DNA from: Candidatus Entotheonellaceae bacterium
GTDB lineage: Bacteria; Tectomicrobia; Entotheonellia; Entotheonellales; Entotheonellaceae
Direction of reading: 5' to 3'
Assembly: GCA_965238075.1 (NCBI GenBank)
Contig: OZ250173.1
Coordinates: forward strand, 2,784,001 to 2,848,000
DNA: 64,000 nt
Position 1 is the stretch's first letter; every line of letters starts with the position of its first letter. The notes beneath the pieces are model-generated. The model had not been told where the DNA came from and did not search any database. It was given only the letters and a program-made list of their open reading frames with translations. Positions 26,279-36,250 of this stretch are shown in pieces. Made by a program: the position numbers and the translations under genes.

Positions 26279-26668
26279 ATGCCAACGGTTGATACGCTGA
26301 AACTCAAAACCAGGCTTTCGGAAAGCGGTATGCCTGAATCCCAGGCGCAGGTTCTTGTTGAAGAACTCGATGAGGCACTGAGCGCCGCGATTTCTCGTGA
26401 GACCGCGACAAAGGCTGACGTGGTCGAGTTGCGCGCCTTAATCCACGGCCTGGACGAACGACTCACTGAGTTCAAGACCGACAACGCAAAACAGCTCGAC
26501 GCACTCAGGAGCGATACCGGCAAACAACTCGACGCACTCAAGACCGATCCTGCCTCCATGAAGACTGAGATTCATGACATAAAAGGCGAGCTCAAGCTGT
26601 TGCGTTGGATGATTGGCGCTACGTTGACTATCACTATCGGCATTGGGGTCAGGTTACTGTTCATGTGA
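26279..26668 (+). CDS. DUF1640/CCDC90-like coiled-coil protein with C-terminal TM anchor
   Basis: DTLK...L..SGMPESQAQ head, ATKAD neck, 11-residue repeats (KQLDAL), LLRWMIG followed by TM. Confidence 0.85.
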   Translation: MPTVDTLKLKTRLSESGMPESQAQVLVEELDEALSAAISRETATKADVVELRALIHGLDERLTEFKTDNAKQLDALRSDTGKQLDALKTDPASMKTEIHDIKGELKLLRWMIGATLTITIGIGVRLLFM

Positions 26669-26913
26669 CCACGTGCCGAACACGCCAAAGACCGCAGAAC
26701 GTAGACCCAGGACTGCCAACACCGACTCTCCTGAGAATCCCGCCAGACATCCTGGAATTCTCTGAGCAAATGTCCTGTAACTACACACCCGCAGCAGTGC
26801 CATTTGGCCCTGGAGTACAAAATCCCGCGCCGTGCGTTTGCCCCCCCTTGGAGGGTACTGGTATCATCACTGCCGTCATGTGGAATTACCAACATTGTGA
26901 GAAGGACCGGGCC

Positions 26914-27627
26914 ATGAGAAATCGCGGATTGGCAATCGGGTTGGGTTGGTTGGCCGCCGTCCTGTTCTGTTGGCCGGGGATGTCGGATGCGGCCACGTAC
27001 CAGCTCCAGGTGGGCAGCGTTCCCGAGCATGTTTTCATGTACTTTGTGGAAGACCGTACGTTGCCGCGCATCGAGGCATATCTCGACGACACACGGCGTT
27101 CCAAATTTGTGCTATTCCGCGACCGGCAGCCGCGGCCGCTGGAACTCACGGGACCGGGGCAGTCGGTACCGTTCCCCGTCAATGTCACGCTCCCAAAGCG
27201 AAATGACCCGTGGGGCGTAACGACCTGGGACGGCGAAGCGGGGCAACTGGCGGTGTTTCGCATCCGTGGCATACAGAGCGATCACCAGAAGCTGAGGCGC
27301 GTGGCCGTGCAAACGGATGGGGTTCTGACCCGCTTTCCGGTGCGCGGCATTCCGGCGTCCCGATTGCAGCCCATGCAGGTGCCGGCAACGGCGGTGGGTT
27401 ATCTGACGCATGCCCTCGAAAGCGGCACGTTCCCGGTCTGGGTTGAACGGCGTGCGGTGTCCTACGACGGGCTGTCGGTGATCATCGGGAGGCACCATAA
27501 CGCGCAGGAATCCGATACGGTGTACCTGGTGGTGCGCATGCCGCAGGCGGGACAGGTGTACAAGGTCATACTGGGCTGGAAAACCGTGAAGCGAGAGGGT
27601 GGATATGCAAACATTCAGGGCAGGTGA
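26914..27627 (+). CDS. Secreted hypothetical protein
   Basis: AAGGA RBS, signal peptide ending SDA-A, beta-rich; family not recognised. Confidence 0.7.
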   Translation: MRNRGLAIGLGWLAAVLFCWPGMSDAATYQLQVGSVPEHVFMYFVEDRTLPRIEAYLDDTRRSKFVLFRDRQPRPLELTGPGQSVPFPVNVTLPKRNDPWGVTTWDGEAGQLAVFRIRGIQSDHQKLRRVAVQTDGVLTRFPVRGIPASRLQPMQVPATAVGYLTHALESGTFPVWVERRAVSYDGLSVIIGRHHNAQESDTVYLVVRMPQAGQVYKVILGWKTVKREGGYANIQGR

Positions 27628-27678
27628 AATTAGAACAAAGGGCTGCGTCAGCCATGGCCGGCAGCAGGGGAGACGCGT

Positions 27679-29604
27679 ATGACCCGCCGGGTGCAATGCC
27701 TGTTGTGGACCGCGGCGCTGTTGATGTGGCCTTGTCTGGCATTGGCGCAGGTAAGTTACGACTTCGACGCTGCGGCCAGCGACGTGGCAGACCAGTTGGC
27801 GCAGCGCTTTCCCCATCTGCAGGGTGAGGTGGTCGACGTTCAGGGCGAGGAGCTTTACCTTAGCCTGGGGGCGCGGGATCAGGTGCTTGAGGGCATGCGG
27901 CTGAACGTGTTTCGGGAAGGCGACGAGTTGACTTCCCCCAGCACCGGCGAGGTATTGGGTCGGCTGGAAGAAGACCTGGGAACGGTCACGGTGACGCAGG
28001 TTGCCGAGACATACGCCGTGGCGGCGCTGACGGACACTGCTAGCGGCGTGAAGGTGCAAGCCGGCGACAAGGTACGGATTACCGCCGGGCGGTTGTCCCT
28101 GGGTTTGCTGCCGGTAAGCGACCAGACCGGACGCGCGATGCCGTTGGCCGCGTTTGTCGATGCCGTGCAACATGGCCTCAATGCCACGGGCCGGTTTCAC
28201 GTGCTGCCGAGGGCGCGCCTGACGGTGTGGCTGCTGGAACGCAACCTGTCGCCCGGCGATGTGCTGGCACCCGAAGTTATGCCCGAGGCGGCGAGCGCTC
28301 TGGGTGTGGCCTATGTTGCGCAGCCGGTACTACGGGTTACTGGTGACACGGCGGTTGTCGAACTTCGTTTGTTCGCACCCGCTCAACCGCAAACGCCCGT
28401 GACCACAGCCTTGGCCATCCTTTCCGAAGCCGTGGCAATGCCCCAACGACCCGTCTCCCTGCCGGTTTCTCAACCTCCCGCCGCCGTCTCCACGCCGCCA
28501 ACCCGCCCCGATTCGCCGCCCGCCGCGGCTCCGACGCCCCCGGCACCGGCGGACGATCTAACGACGCTGCAGAGCCTGCTGAGCGCTGACCCGCTTGCGC
28601 TTGAGAAGAGCTACGTACCTCTGGCGCAATTCCCGACCGAGTTGCGCGGTTTTGATGCCGCAGACATCGACGGCGACGGCCAGAGCGAACTGGTGATGCT
28701 CAGTGACACAAAGGTGCTTTTGTATCACGTGCAGGAAAGCCAATTGGTCCCTATCGCTTCCTATTCCGACAACCGCCCCGGCACTTTGTTGAGCGCGCAA
28801 CTGGTGAGACTTGGCGACGGGCAGACGCCGGGTGTGGTGGTGAATCGTTACAGCCCCAACCGAAGGGGCATGGATTCGTTCTTCCTGGCCCTACAGGGTA
28901 ATCGGTTGGTCCGACAGCAGAAGGGCCTGTCGGATATTTTGCTCGCCGTGGATACTGATGGCGACGGGGTGAACGAAAGCATTTGGGGGCAGCTCTTCGA
29001 CGGCAAGGATTTTTTCCGGCGCGGCCAAGTGAGGCAATACGAACTGCGGAACGGCCGCTTGAAGCGGCAGCGGAAGTTGTCGCTGCCCGGCGGGTTCCGT
29101 GCCACCGGCGCTGCTCTGGCCCAACTCGGGGCACCGGGAAACCGTCAGTTGGTATTCGTGGATGAGCGCCACAACCTGCAGGTGTACGATGGCAAGACCA
29201 GGCGCTGGAAGTCTCCCACAGACGTAGGGGGCAGCTACGTGTTTGCTGCGCTGGAGATACGTTACAGCCCCAGGGTCGCTGATCAGGCACAGTTTGACTT
29301 CGAGGCCATTCCGGCGGTGGCGGATTTCGACGGCGACGGCATTGACGAGGTGCTGGTTCCCCAGAATCAGAGCCGTCTCGGCGTGGTGCCGAATCTGAAC
29401 CTGTACAGCGGCGGTCACGTGGTGCTGATGCGCCAGACACCGCAAGGCTTCACGCTGTCGCCAATCAGCCCCGGATTCGATGGCGTGGTGAGCGGCGTGG
29501 CGGTGCTGAAGGGCCGCATGCCGGGGATTCTGGTGGCGGTTTCCAAGCGGGAAGGGGTGCTGAAGCAGAAGAAGCAAACGATACTGTATCTGAACCGCTT
29601 TTAG
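27679..29604 (+). CDS. Exported FG-GAP/VCBS-repeat protein with FlgT-C-like N-domain and Pro-rich linker
   Basis: Signal peptide; DIDGDG, DTDGDG and DFDGDG Ca-binding loops; PPAAAPTPPAP linker. Confidence 0.8.
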   Translation: MTRRVQCLLWTAALLMWPCLALAQVSYDFDAAASDVADQLAQRFPHLQGEVVDVQGEELYLSLGARDQVLEGMRLNVFREGDELTSPSTGEVLGRLEEDLGTVTVTQVAETYAVAALTDTASGVKVQAGDKVRITAGRLSLGLLPVSDQTGRAMPLAAFVDAVQHGLNATGRFHVLPRARLTVWLLERNLSPGDVLAPEVMPEAASALGVAYVAQPVLRVTGDTAVVELRLFAPAQPQTPVTTALAILSEAVAMPQRPVSLPVSQPPAAVSTPPTRPDSPPAAAPTPPAPADDLTTLQSLLSADPLALEKSYVPLAQFPTELRGFDAADIDGDGQSELVMLSDTKVLLYHVQESQLVPIASYSDNRPGTLLSAQLVRLGDGQTPGVVVNRYSPNRRGMDSFFLALQGNRLVRQQKGLSDILLAVDTDGDGVNESIWGQLFDGKDFFRRGQVRQYELRNGRLKRQRKLSLPGGFRATGAALAQLGAPGNRQLVFVDERHNLQVYDGKTRRWKSPTDVGGSYVFAALEIRYSPRVADQAQFDFEAIPAVADFDGDGIDEVLVPQNQSRLGVVPNLNLYSGGHVVLMRQTPQGFTLSPISPGFDGVVSGVAVLKGRMPGILVAVSKREGVLKQKKQTILYLNRF

Positions 29605-29609
29605 CGGAA

Positions 29610-29639
29610 TGTCGGATGACGCTGCGCGAATCCGACTAC
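29610..29639 (-). repeat. Degenerate GTAG-family REP between convergent genes
   Basis: TGTCGGATGACGCTGCGCGAATCCGACTAC. Confidence 0.65.
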
Positions 29640-29643
29640 TGGA

Positions 29644-30486
29644 TCAAATGACCGAGGTGACGAAGAGAGCCGTGGACAGGTAGGCGCTGGCCTCCAGCAA
29701 GCCGGCAGCGATGTTTTTGTCCTCGGCGACTTCGTTATCCAGCAGGGTGCTGCGAAACCGGATTGGCCCGCCGAGAATCAGGCACTGCACCACCAGTTGC
29801 CGCACCGGGTAGAACACCACGACGACCAGCAGGGCGATGGCGAAGCTCAGCAGCGAATCCGCCAGGGTGGTGAATTCGCCCGACGCGGCCTGTCCGACCA
29901 CGATGCCCATGGCGATCAGCAAGCCCGCCTGCGCAATGCCGGCCGCCAAGTTGCCGGAACCGATTTCCTGCACGTCGTCGTAGCCGGTGAGCCAGCGAAA
30001 AACGTAGGTCATGGCCAGCAAGGCCAACTGACCGAGGACGAAGAAGAGCAGCAGGATCCAGAATCCACCGCCTTCGCCGTCCAACGCCCCGCTATAGGTC
30101 AGGCTGGTGGCGACGTAGGCCCCGGCGACCACGACGGCGGCCGCGACGTTGTGTGCCTCCAATTGTTCGCGCACGTGCAAGCCCAGGAAGAGCCGGCAAC
30201 TGACCAGCGTCACTACGGTCAGCAGCACGATGCCCAGTCCGCCGTACAGCGCCACGTCCAGCACATCCTGCCACAAGCCGCGGCCCGGCGTGCCGAGCAG
30301 CACGGTGATGGTCCAGATGACCCCGAACAGATACCCCGCCACGGCCAGACCGATAGCCGGATTGTCATGATCGGTGAGCGCTACCCGCAGGCTGAAGCCG
30401 AGCACCCATTGCAGAACCAGACGAGCCAGGACCAGCAGAATCAACGGCGCCGCAACCACAAAGACCACTTCCGTAACACTCATCAT
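29644..30486 (-). CDS. DUF350-domain membrane protein
   Basis: Repeated 'N.AAG/A' motifs (DNPAIG, HNVAAA, GNLAAG, KNIAAG); about 8 TMs. Confidence 0.85.
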   Translation of the reverse strand: MMSVTEVVFVVAAPLILLVLARLVLQWVLGFSLRVALTDHDNPAIGLAVAGYLFGVIWTITVLLGTPGRGLWQDVLDVALYGGLGIVLLTVVTLVSCRLFLGLHVREQLEAHNVAAAVVVAGAYVATSLTYSGALDGEGGGFWILLLFFVLGQLALLAMTYVFRWLTGYDDVQEIGSGNLAAGIAQAGLLIAMGIVVGQAASGEFTTLADSLLSFAIALLVVVVFYPVRQLVVQCLILGGPIRFRSTLLDNEVAEDKNIAAGLLEASAYLSTALFVTSVI

Positions 30487-30552
30487 TGGCTTCCTTTGCG
30501 AGGGTATCGTGCGCGAGGAGAGGCGAACTGCGGGGCGCAGTATAGCACAGCG

Positions 30553-32166
30553 TCAGACCGCCCGGCGTTGGCGCATGAACAGGATGAGGGGAGTCACCGC
30601 AAGACACAGGATGACCACCAGAATGAAGCAATCCTGGTAGGCGGCCACGGATGCCTGCTGCACCAGGTGCCGCTGCACCATGGCCAGGGTCTTGGCTTCC
30701 ATCATGCCGCCGGTCTCACCGGCGTGCAGCAGGAGGTTGTGGACGGGCCCCACCACGTCGGACCAGGGCAGGGTTGAGGCAACCTGCTCCTGGGCCAGCA
30801 TGCCGCTGTGGTAGGTGGTGCGGCGCTGCAAAACGGTGGTCATCAGGGCCAGGCCCATGGTGCCGCCGAGGCCATGTTGAATGAGATTGATCAGCCCGGA
30901 GCCCATGCGCACCTGATCGGGCCGCAGCACCATCAACGCCGCCGCTGCCATCGGGATGAAGATGAACCCCATGGTGACATAACGTGCTGCGATCATGCCG
31001 ATCATCCAGCTCGTGGGGCGGTCGAGGCTGAGGAAGGAAAACGCATACGTGGCCGCCATAAACATGCCCAAGCCGCAATACATCACCAACCGGCGGTCGA
31101 CCAGGTCCACGAGGCGCCCGGCGCAGACCGTCGTGAGGGCCATGCCCAGCGCTCCCGGCAGCACGATATATCCCGCCTGCGCCGGGGTGTAGTCGAACAG
31201 TCGCTGCAACAGGAAGGTCTGCAGAAAGTTGGTGCCCCAAAAACCCATTGAGGTGACGAACAACGTCACCGACACGGCCGCAAAACCCAGATTGTTGAAC
31301 AGGCGCAGATCGACCAGTGGCTCCTTGCGGCAGAGTTCAATGGCAAGGAAAGAGACAAACGCCAGGCAAGCGGTGACCAGCAGGCCTTGCGTCAGCGGGG
31401 CATCCCAGCCGTAGCGCTGGCCTTGGCTCAGGGCGATCAGCAGGCTGACCAGAAACACCGTGAGGGTGGCCAGGCCGGGCAGGTCCAAATGGCGCTTGAT
31501 CGTTTCGCGGGTGTTTGGAATCACCAGGAGCACCAGCACGATGCCGATAATGCCCGGCAAGGTGTTGAGATAGAAAATCATGCGCCAGTGCATGTATTCG
31601 GTGACGTAACCGCCGAGCACCGGGCCGACGACCGGGCCGCACGACATGCCGAGGCCGTACAGGCCCATGGCGAGGCCGCGCTGGTGGGGCGGGAAGGTCT
31701 GCGTGAGGAAGACCATGGCCATCGGCATCACGGGGCCGCCGCCGAGCCCTTGCAGGATGCGGAAAAAGATCAGCGCGTTGCCGCTCCAGGCGAGGCCGCA
31801 AAGGGCGGAACTGACGACGAACATCGACAGACTGATGAACAGCAGGTTGCGGTTGCCCATGACGTTGCCCAGCCAACCCACCGTGGGCACCATGACGGCG
31901 CCGGCAATCATGTAGGCATTGATGATCCACTGAACCTGGTCGAGATTCATGCTGAAGGTGGTCATGATCGGCGGCAGGGCGAGGTTGACCGTGGCGTTGT
32001 TCATGATGACGATGAAGGCATTCAGCATGACCGTGACGGCCACCCACCACTTGTAGGACGGGCTGTCGGGCGAGATACGCGGCCCGGCACCGCGTTGCTG
32101 TGGGTGCATCCCGGGGCTTGCCTGCAGCGGTGCCGCAGGCGGTTGGCGAATGGTGCCAGCGGCCAT
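30553..32166 (-). CDS. DHA2 (EmrB/QacA) family MFS efflux permease
   Basis: TVNLALP, RILQGLGGG, GPVLGG, WRMIFYLN; about 14 TMs. Confidence 0.92.
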   Translation of the reverse strand: MAAGTIRQPPAAPLQASPGMHPQQRGAGPRISPDSPSYKWWVAVTVMLNAFIVIMNNATVNLALPPIMTTFSMNLDQVQWIINAYMIAGAVMVPTVGWLGNVMGNRNLLFISLSMFVVSSALCGLAWSGNALIFFRILQGLGGGPVMPMAMVFLTQTFPPHQRGLAMGLYGLGMSCGPVVGPVLGGYVTEYMHWRMIFYLNTLPGIIGIVLVLLVIPNTRETIKRHLDLPGLATLTVFLVSLLIALSQGQRYGWDAPLTQGLLVTACLAFVSFLAIELCRKEPLVDLRLFNNLGFAAVSVTLFVTSMGFWGTNFLQTFLLQRLFDYTPAQAGYIVLPGALGMALTTVCAGRLVDLVDRRLVMYCGLGMFMAATYAFSFLSLDRPTSWMIGMIAARYVTMGFIFIPMAAAALMVLRPDQVRMGSGLINLIQHGLGGTMGLALMTTVLQRRTTYHSGMLAQEQVASTLPWSDVVGPVHNLLLHAGETGGMMEAKTLAMVQRHLVQQASVAAYQDCFILVVILCLAVTPLILFMRQRRAV

Positions 32167-32235
32167 GAATATTGATCCTTCGAGAAAACGGCATGATCGA
32201 GGAAGAGAAAGGTAGGAAAGAAACGTGATGGTTCA

Positions 32236-32264
32236 AGTATAGTTACTGCGCTCGAAAAGGACAA
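32236..32264 (-). promoter_or_regulatory. Sigma70-type promoter of the DHA2 permease
   Basis: TTGTCC-17 nt-TATACT, 70 nt upstream of the start. Confidence 0.6.
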
Positions 32265-32402
32265 ACAAGCGTTTGGTAGAATTGCTGAGAAGGGTGAAAA
32301 AACCGTTGACAGCGGCGGGTTGGCATATAACCATGCGGTGCCGTGCGAGGCTCCTTTGGCTGGGGACTCGCAAATACGAATGTAATTGACGAAGGACGGG
32401 AC

Positions 32403-33236
32403 ATGACACGTATCGGACTCCTCCATCCCGGAGCGATGGGCGCATCCGTGGGGGCTGCGGCAAGCGGCAACGGGCACACCGTGCTGTGGGCGTCTCAAGG
32501 CCGGTCCGCGGCCACGCAGGAGCGAGCGAGGCGCGGCGCCTTGCGAGACGTTACCACGCTGCCGGAGGTGCTGGCGTCGAGTGATATCCTGCTGTCCATT
32601 TGCCCGCCGCACGCCGCCGAGGACGTGGCTGCCGAGGTGGCCAAATGCGGCTTTGCGGGCTTGTACGTCGACTGCAACGCCGTGGCACCGGAACGTACGC
32701 GCGGCATCCAGCGGATCGTCGAGAATGGCGGTGCGGAGTATATCGACGGCGGCATCATCGGCGGGCCGGCCTGGACGCGCGAAGCCGAGACCCAATTGTA
32801 TCTGTCCGGTCCCCGAGCCGAGGAGGTGTCGGCGTGTTTCGCCGACAGCCCGCTGTCTGCCCCGGTCATCTCCGAGCGTATCGGCGCCGCCTCAGCGCTC
32901 AAAATGGGTTACGCCGCCTTCACCAAGGGCAGCACGGCTTTGTTGATCGCCATCCTCGGCATGGTCGAGAAAGAAGGGGTGCGGATTGACCTATCGCGCC
33001 AATGGGGTGACGCCTTCACGACCCAGACCGTGCGGCGTGTTTGTGACAACACCGCCAAGGCGTGGCGCTTCGAGGGCGAGATGCACGAGATTGCGGCGAC
33101 GTTCCACGCGGCCGGCCTGCCGGACGGATTTCATCAGGCGGCGGCCGAAGTTTTTCGGCGGCTCGCCGGCTTCAAGGACTATGGCTCGCCGCCGGATATC
33201 GAAACGGTATTGGAAGTTTTGCTGAAGCGGGAATAA
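32403..33236 (+). CDS. NAD(P)-dependent oxidoreductase (6PGD/HIBADH-like, DUF1932)
   Basis: GLLHPGAMG, DGGIIG, ASALKM.YA..TKG, AWRF.GEM.EI. Confidence 0.88.
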   Translation: MTRIGLLHPGAMGASVGAAASGNGHTVLWASQGRSAATQERARRGALRDVTTLPEVLASSDILLSICPPHAAEDVAAEVAKCGFAGLYVDCNAVAPERTRGIQRIVENGGAEYIDGGIIGGPAWTREAETQLYLSGPRAEEVSACFADSPLSAPVISERIGAASALKMGYAAFTKGSTALLIAILGMVEKEGVRIDLSRQWGDAFTTQTVRRVCDNTAKAWRFEGEMHEIAATFHAAGLPDGFHQAAAEVFRRLAGFKDYGSPPDIETVLEVLLKRE

Positions 33237-33265
33237 CTGGAACATCGAGGAAAGGAACAAACAGG

Positions 33266-33709
33266 ATGAGCGATCAAGCGATATTGCAGGGCATCGCGGT
33301 GCGCGGCGCGAGTCGTGCTCCCATGCGAGAAGTGCAGGAAGCCAGCGTGACGGTGACGGACGGCATTGTGGAGGATTACCGCGGCACCGGCCTTCGGCAG
33401 GTCACCTTCATTGACGCCGGGCAGTGGCGGCAGGTGGTGGGGGAGTTGGGCGTGGACTTGCCGTGGCACACGCGCCGCGCCAATTTACTGGTCGGCGGCC
33501 TCGACCTGCCGGGCACAGTCGGCAGCCGTCTGCGCATCGGCGACTGCCTGTTTGAGATTCACGGGGAAACGGAGCCCTGCGAACGCATGAACGAATTGCA
33601 GGCCGGCTTGCGCGCGGGGCTGGCTCCGGAGATGCGCGGCGGGGTGTGGGGCAAGGTGCTAGAGAGCGGCCACATACGGGTCGGTCAATCCGTCGAGATC
33701 GAAGAATAG
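33266..33709 (+). CDS. MOSC-domain protein
   Basis: RQVT, RRANL, PC.RM, RGG...V...G.I.VG. Confidence 0.88.
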   Translation: MSDQAILQGIAVRGASRAPMREVQEASVTVTDGIVEDYRGTGLRQVTFIDAGQWRQVVGELGVDLPWHTRRANLLVGGLDLPGTVGSRLRIGDCLFEIHGETEPCERMNELQAGLRAGLAPEMRGGVWGKVLESGHIRVGQSVEIEE

Positions 33710-33726
33710 GTGGGGCGAGGTTCTTC

Positions 33727-34503
33727 ATGGCTGAGACCATCTTGTACGACAAGAACGAGCAGATCGTTACGATTGCCCTGAATCGCCCCGAGGCGCTGAA
33801 CGCGATCAACCGGCAGCTAAAGCAGGAATTCATTGACGCGCTGCTGCAATTCGACCAGGACGATGACGCCCGCGTGGCCATCGTTACCGGTGCCGGGCGG
33901 GCCTTCTGCGCCGGCCGGGACCTGAAGGAGCGCACGTCCGACAACGCCGCCGGGGTCCAGGCGCGGGCCAGCGACAGTTTGGGCAGTGAGAGCCTGTCGA
34001 TGTTTCCGCGCATCTGGAAGCCGGTTATCGCCGCCATTAACGGGTATGCCATGGCCGGGGGCTGGGCCATCGCCCAGATGTGCGACCTACGCCTGGCTGC
34101 CGACGACGCCAAGCTGGGCATTACGGAATCGCGTTGGAGCCTGCTTCCGCCGTTCGCGGCCCATCTCGCCCGGCTCATTCCAATGGCCAACGTGCTGGAG
34201 CTGGTCTTCACGGCGGAGCCGATAACCGCCCAGCGCGCTTGCGAAATTGGCTTCGTGAACAAGGTGGTGCCGAAAGACCGGCTGATGGACGAGGCCCTGG
34301 ATCTGGCGCGGCGCATGGTCCGCAATGCCCCGTTGTCGCTGCGCATGTTCAAGGAGTTGGCCTACCGCGGCCAGGAAATGGGCGAGCGGGAAATTGCGGC
34401 GCTGACCCGCGTCATGTATGACCAATTGCTGGTGAGCGAGGACGCCAAAGAGGGGCCGCAGGCTTTCGCCGAAAAACGGGCGCCGCAGTGGCAGGGCAGG
34501 TAG
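33727..34503 (+). CDS. Enoyl-CoA hydratase/isomerase family protein
   Basis: LNRPEALNA, AFCAGRDL, KPVIAAINGYAMAGG. Confidence 0.93.
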   Translation: MAETILYDKNEQIVTIALNRPEALNAINRQLKQEFIDALLQFDQDDDARVAIVTGAGRAFCAGRDLKERTSDNAAGVQARASDSLGSESLSMFPRIWKPVIAAINGYAMAGGWAIAQMCDLRLAADDAKLGITESRWSLLPPFAAHLARLIPMANVLELVFTAEPITAQRACEIGFVNKVVPKDRLMDEALDLARRMVRNAPLSLRMFKELAYRGQEMGEREIAALTRVMYDQLLVSEDAKEGPQAFAEKRAPQWQGR

Positions 34504-34526
34504 CAGGGGACAACGCAGAGGTAGAT

Positions 34527-35315
34527 ATGCCATATCCAACGCTTTTGTTTGACGTTCGTGATGGGGTGGCGCGCATTATGCTGAACCGGCCTGACGCCGC
34601 CAACGCCGTCAACGCCGAATTGGCCAGGGACCTGATGTATGCGGCCATGCAGTGCAGCGAGGACGCTGGGATTCGTGCCGTCATCGTCACGGGGAACGGC
34701 CCGATGTTTTCCGCCGGTGGTGATTTGAAGGAATTCGGGGCGCAAGGGGACAACCTGCCGTATCACCTTAAGGAGGTGACGACCTATTTCCACGCCGCGG
34801 TGTCGCGCTTCATGCGCATGGACCCGCCGGTGGTGGCGGCTGTTAACGGCATGGCCGCTGGCGCCGGCATGAGCTTGGCGTGCGGCGCCGACATCGTATT
34901 GGCGGCCGAGTCGGCCCGTTTTACGATGGCCTACACCCGCGCCGGACTGACGCCGGACGGCTCGTCTACCTATTACCTGCCGCGCATCGTTGGCCTGAAA
35001 CGGGCTTTGGAGTTGACCCTGACCAACCGCATGCTGTCGGCGCAGGAAGCGTGTGAGTGGGGGTTGGTGACTCGGGTCGTACCGGATGCCCAGCTGCAGG
35101 AAGAAGCCGACGCCTTGGCCGGACAATTGGCCAGCGGTGCCACGAGGGCGTTGGGTATGGCGAAGCGATTGCTGCACGGCGGTTGGACGGGCACCCTGGA
35201 AACGCAGATGGAGCACGAGACGCAGGCTATTGCGGAATTGTCGCGCAGCGATGACGCCAAGGAGGGGCTGAGCGCGTTTCTGGAGAAGCGCAAGCCGACC
35301 TTCAAGGGGCGTTAA
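34527..35315 (+). CDS. Enoyl-CoA hydratase/isomerase (PaaG-like)
   Basis: FSAGGDL, AVNGMAAGAG, GLTPDG, FLEKRKP. Confidence 0.92.
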   Translation: MPYPTLLFDVRDGVARIMLNRPDAANAVNAELARDLMYAAMQCSEDAGIRAVIVTGNGPMFSAGGDLKEFGAQGDNLPYHLKEVTTYFHAAVSRFMRMDPPVVAAVNGMAAGAGMSLACGADIVLAAESARFTMAYTRAGLTPDGSSTYYLPRIVGLKRALELTLTNRMLSAQEACEWGLVTRVVPDAQLQEEADALAGQLASGATRALGMAKRLLHGGWTGTLETQMEHETQAIAELSRSDDAKEGLSAFLEKRKPTFKGR

Positions 35316-35336
35316 CGGGGGCCCTCCAGGTGGAAA

Positions 35337-35367
35337 TGTCGAATTACGCTTCGCTAATCCGACCTAC
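35337..35367 (-). repeat. GTAG-family REP overlapping the dehalogenase stop codon
   Basis: TGTCGAATTACGCTTCGCTAATCCGACCTAC. Confidence 0.8.
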
Positions 35368-36239
35368 AGCGTGCGCAGCCAGTTGGCGATAGCCTGGCCG
35401 ATCTCGTCCGGGGCGTCTTCCTGGACAAAGTGAATTCCCGGCACCGTCACCTCTGTTTGATTCGGCCAGGCGCGGCAAAACTCGCGCTGCTCGCCGACCA
35501 GGATGGCGCCGGGGTTGGCATTGACAAACAGTTTGGGAATAGCAGTTTGGCGCAGCCATATGGCATAGTTGCCGACGATCTCGGTCACGTCCTCCGGCTT
35601 GCCCTCAATGGGGATTTCCCGTGGCCACGTCAAGGTAGGCCGCCGGCCCTCCCCAGGTTCAAGAAAGGGCCGGCGATATTCCGCCATTTCCTCATCCGTG
35701 AGCTTCCGCTTGATCGATCCCGGCAGTACACGCTCGATGAAGAGGTTGTGCGTGAGGATCATGGACTCGCCGTTAATGGAGCGGAACCCCTGGAAGATCT
35801 GCAGCGCAGCTTCCGGCCACTGCGTCCAGGTCAGCGGCTGTACAATGGCCTCCATATAGGCCAGCCCCTTGACCGCATGACGGTTCCGGTTGGCCCAATC
35901 GAAGCCGAGGGCCGAGCCCCAGTCGTGCATCACGAATGTCACCTTGTCATTGACGCCGACCGCTTCCAGAAAAGCATCGAGGTACCGCCGGTGCTCCACA
36001 AAGCGGTAGCGACGCGGTCCGCTGTCCTCCAGTTTGTCCGAATCCCCCATGCCGATCAGATCCGGCGCGATACAACGGCCAAGTCCGGTGAGGTGCGGGA
36101 TGATGCCGCGCCACAGATAGGACGAGGTCGGGTTGCCATGCAACAGGACAATAGGGTCGCCCTCGCCGGCTTCGACGTAAGCCATGTTGTGGTCCAGCAC
36201 CTGGGCGCGTTTCTTGGCAATCGGTGACATGGCGGCCAT
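35364..36239 (-). CDS. Haloalkane dehalogenase (LinB/DhaA-like)
   Basis: HGNPTSSYLWR, HDWGS nucleophile, YMEA acid, TLTWPR, GIHFVQED base. Confidence 0.93.
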   Translation of the reverse strand: MAAMSPIAKKRAQVLDHNMAYVEAGEGDPIVLLHGNPTSSYLWRGIIPHLTGLGRCIAPDLIGMGDSDKLEDSGPRRYRFVEHRRYLDAFLEAVGVNDKVTFVMHDWGSALGFDWANRNRHAVKGLAYMEAIVQPLTWTQWPEAALQIFQGFRSINGESMILTHNLFIERVLPGSIKRKLTDEEMAEYRRPFLEPGEGRRPTLTWPREIPIEGKPEDVTEIVGNYAIWLRQTAIPKLFVNANPGAILVGEQREFCRAWPNQTEVTVPGIHFVQEDAPDEIGQAIANWLRTL

Positions 36240-36250
36240 CTTTCTCCCTC

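Noticed and set aside
26080-26830. DUF1640 gene as a second mobile cassette
   Set aside because: No convincing terminal inverted repeats or TSD found by eye
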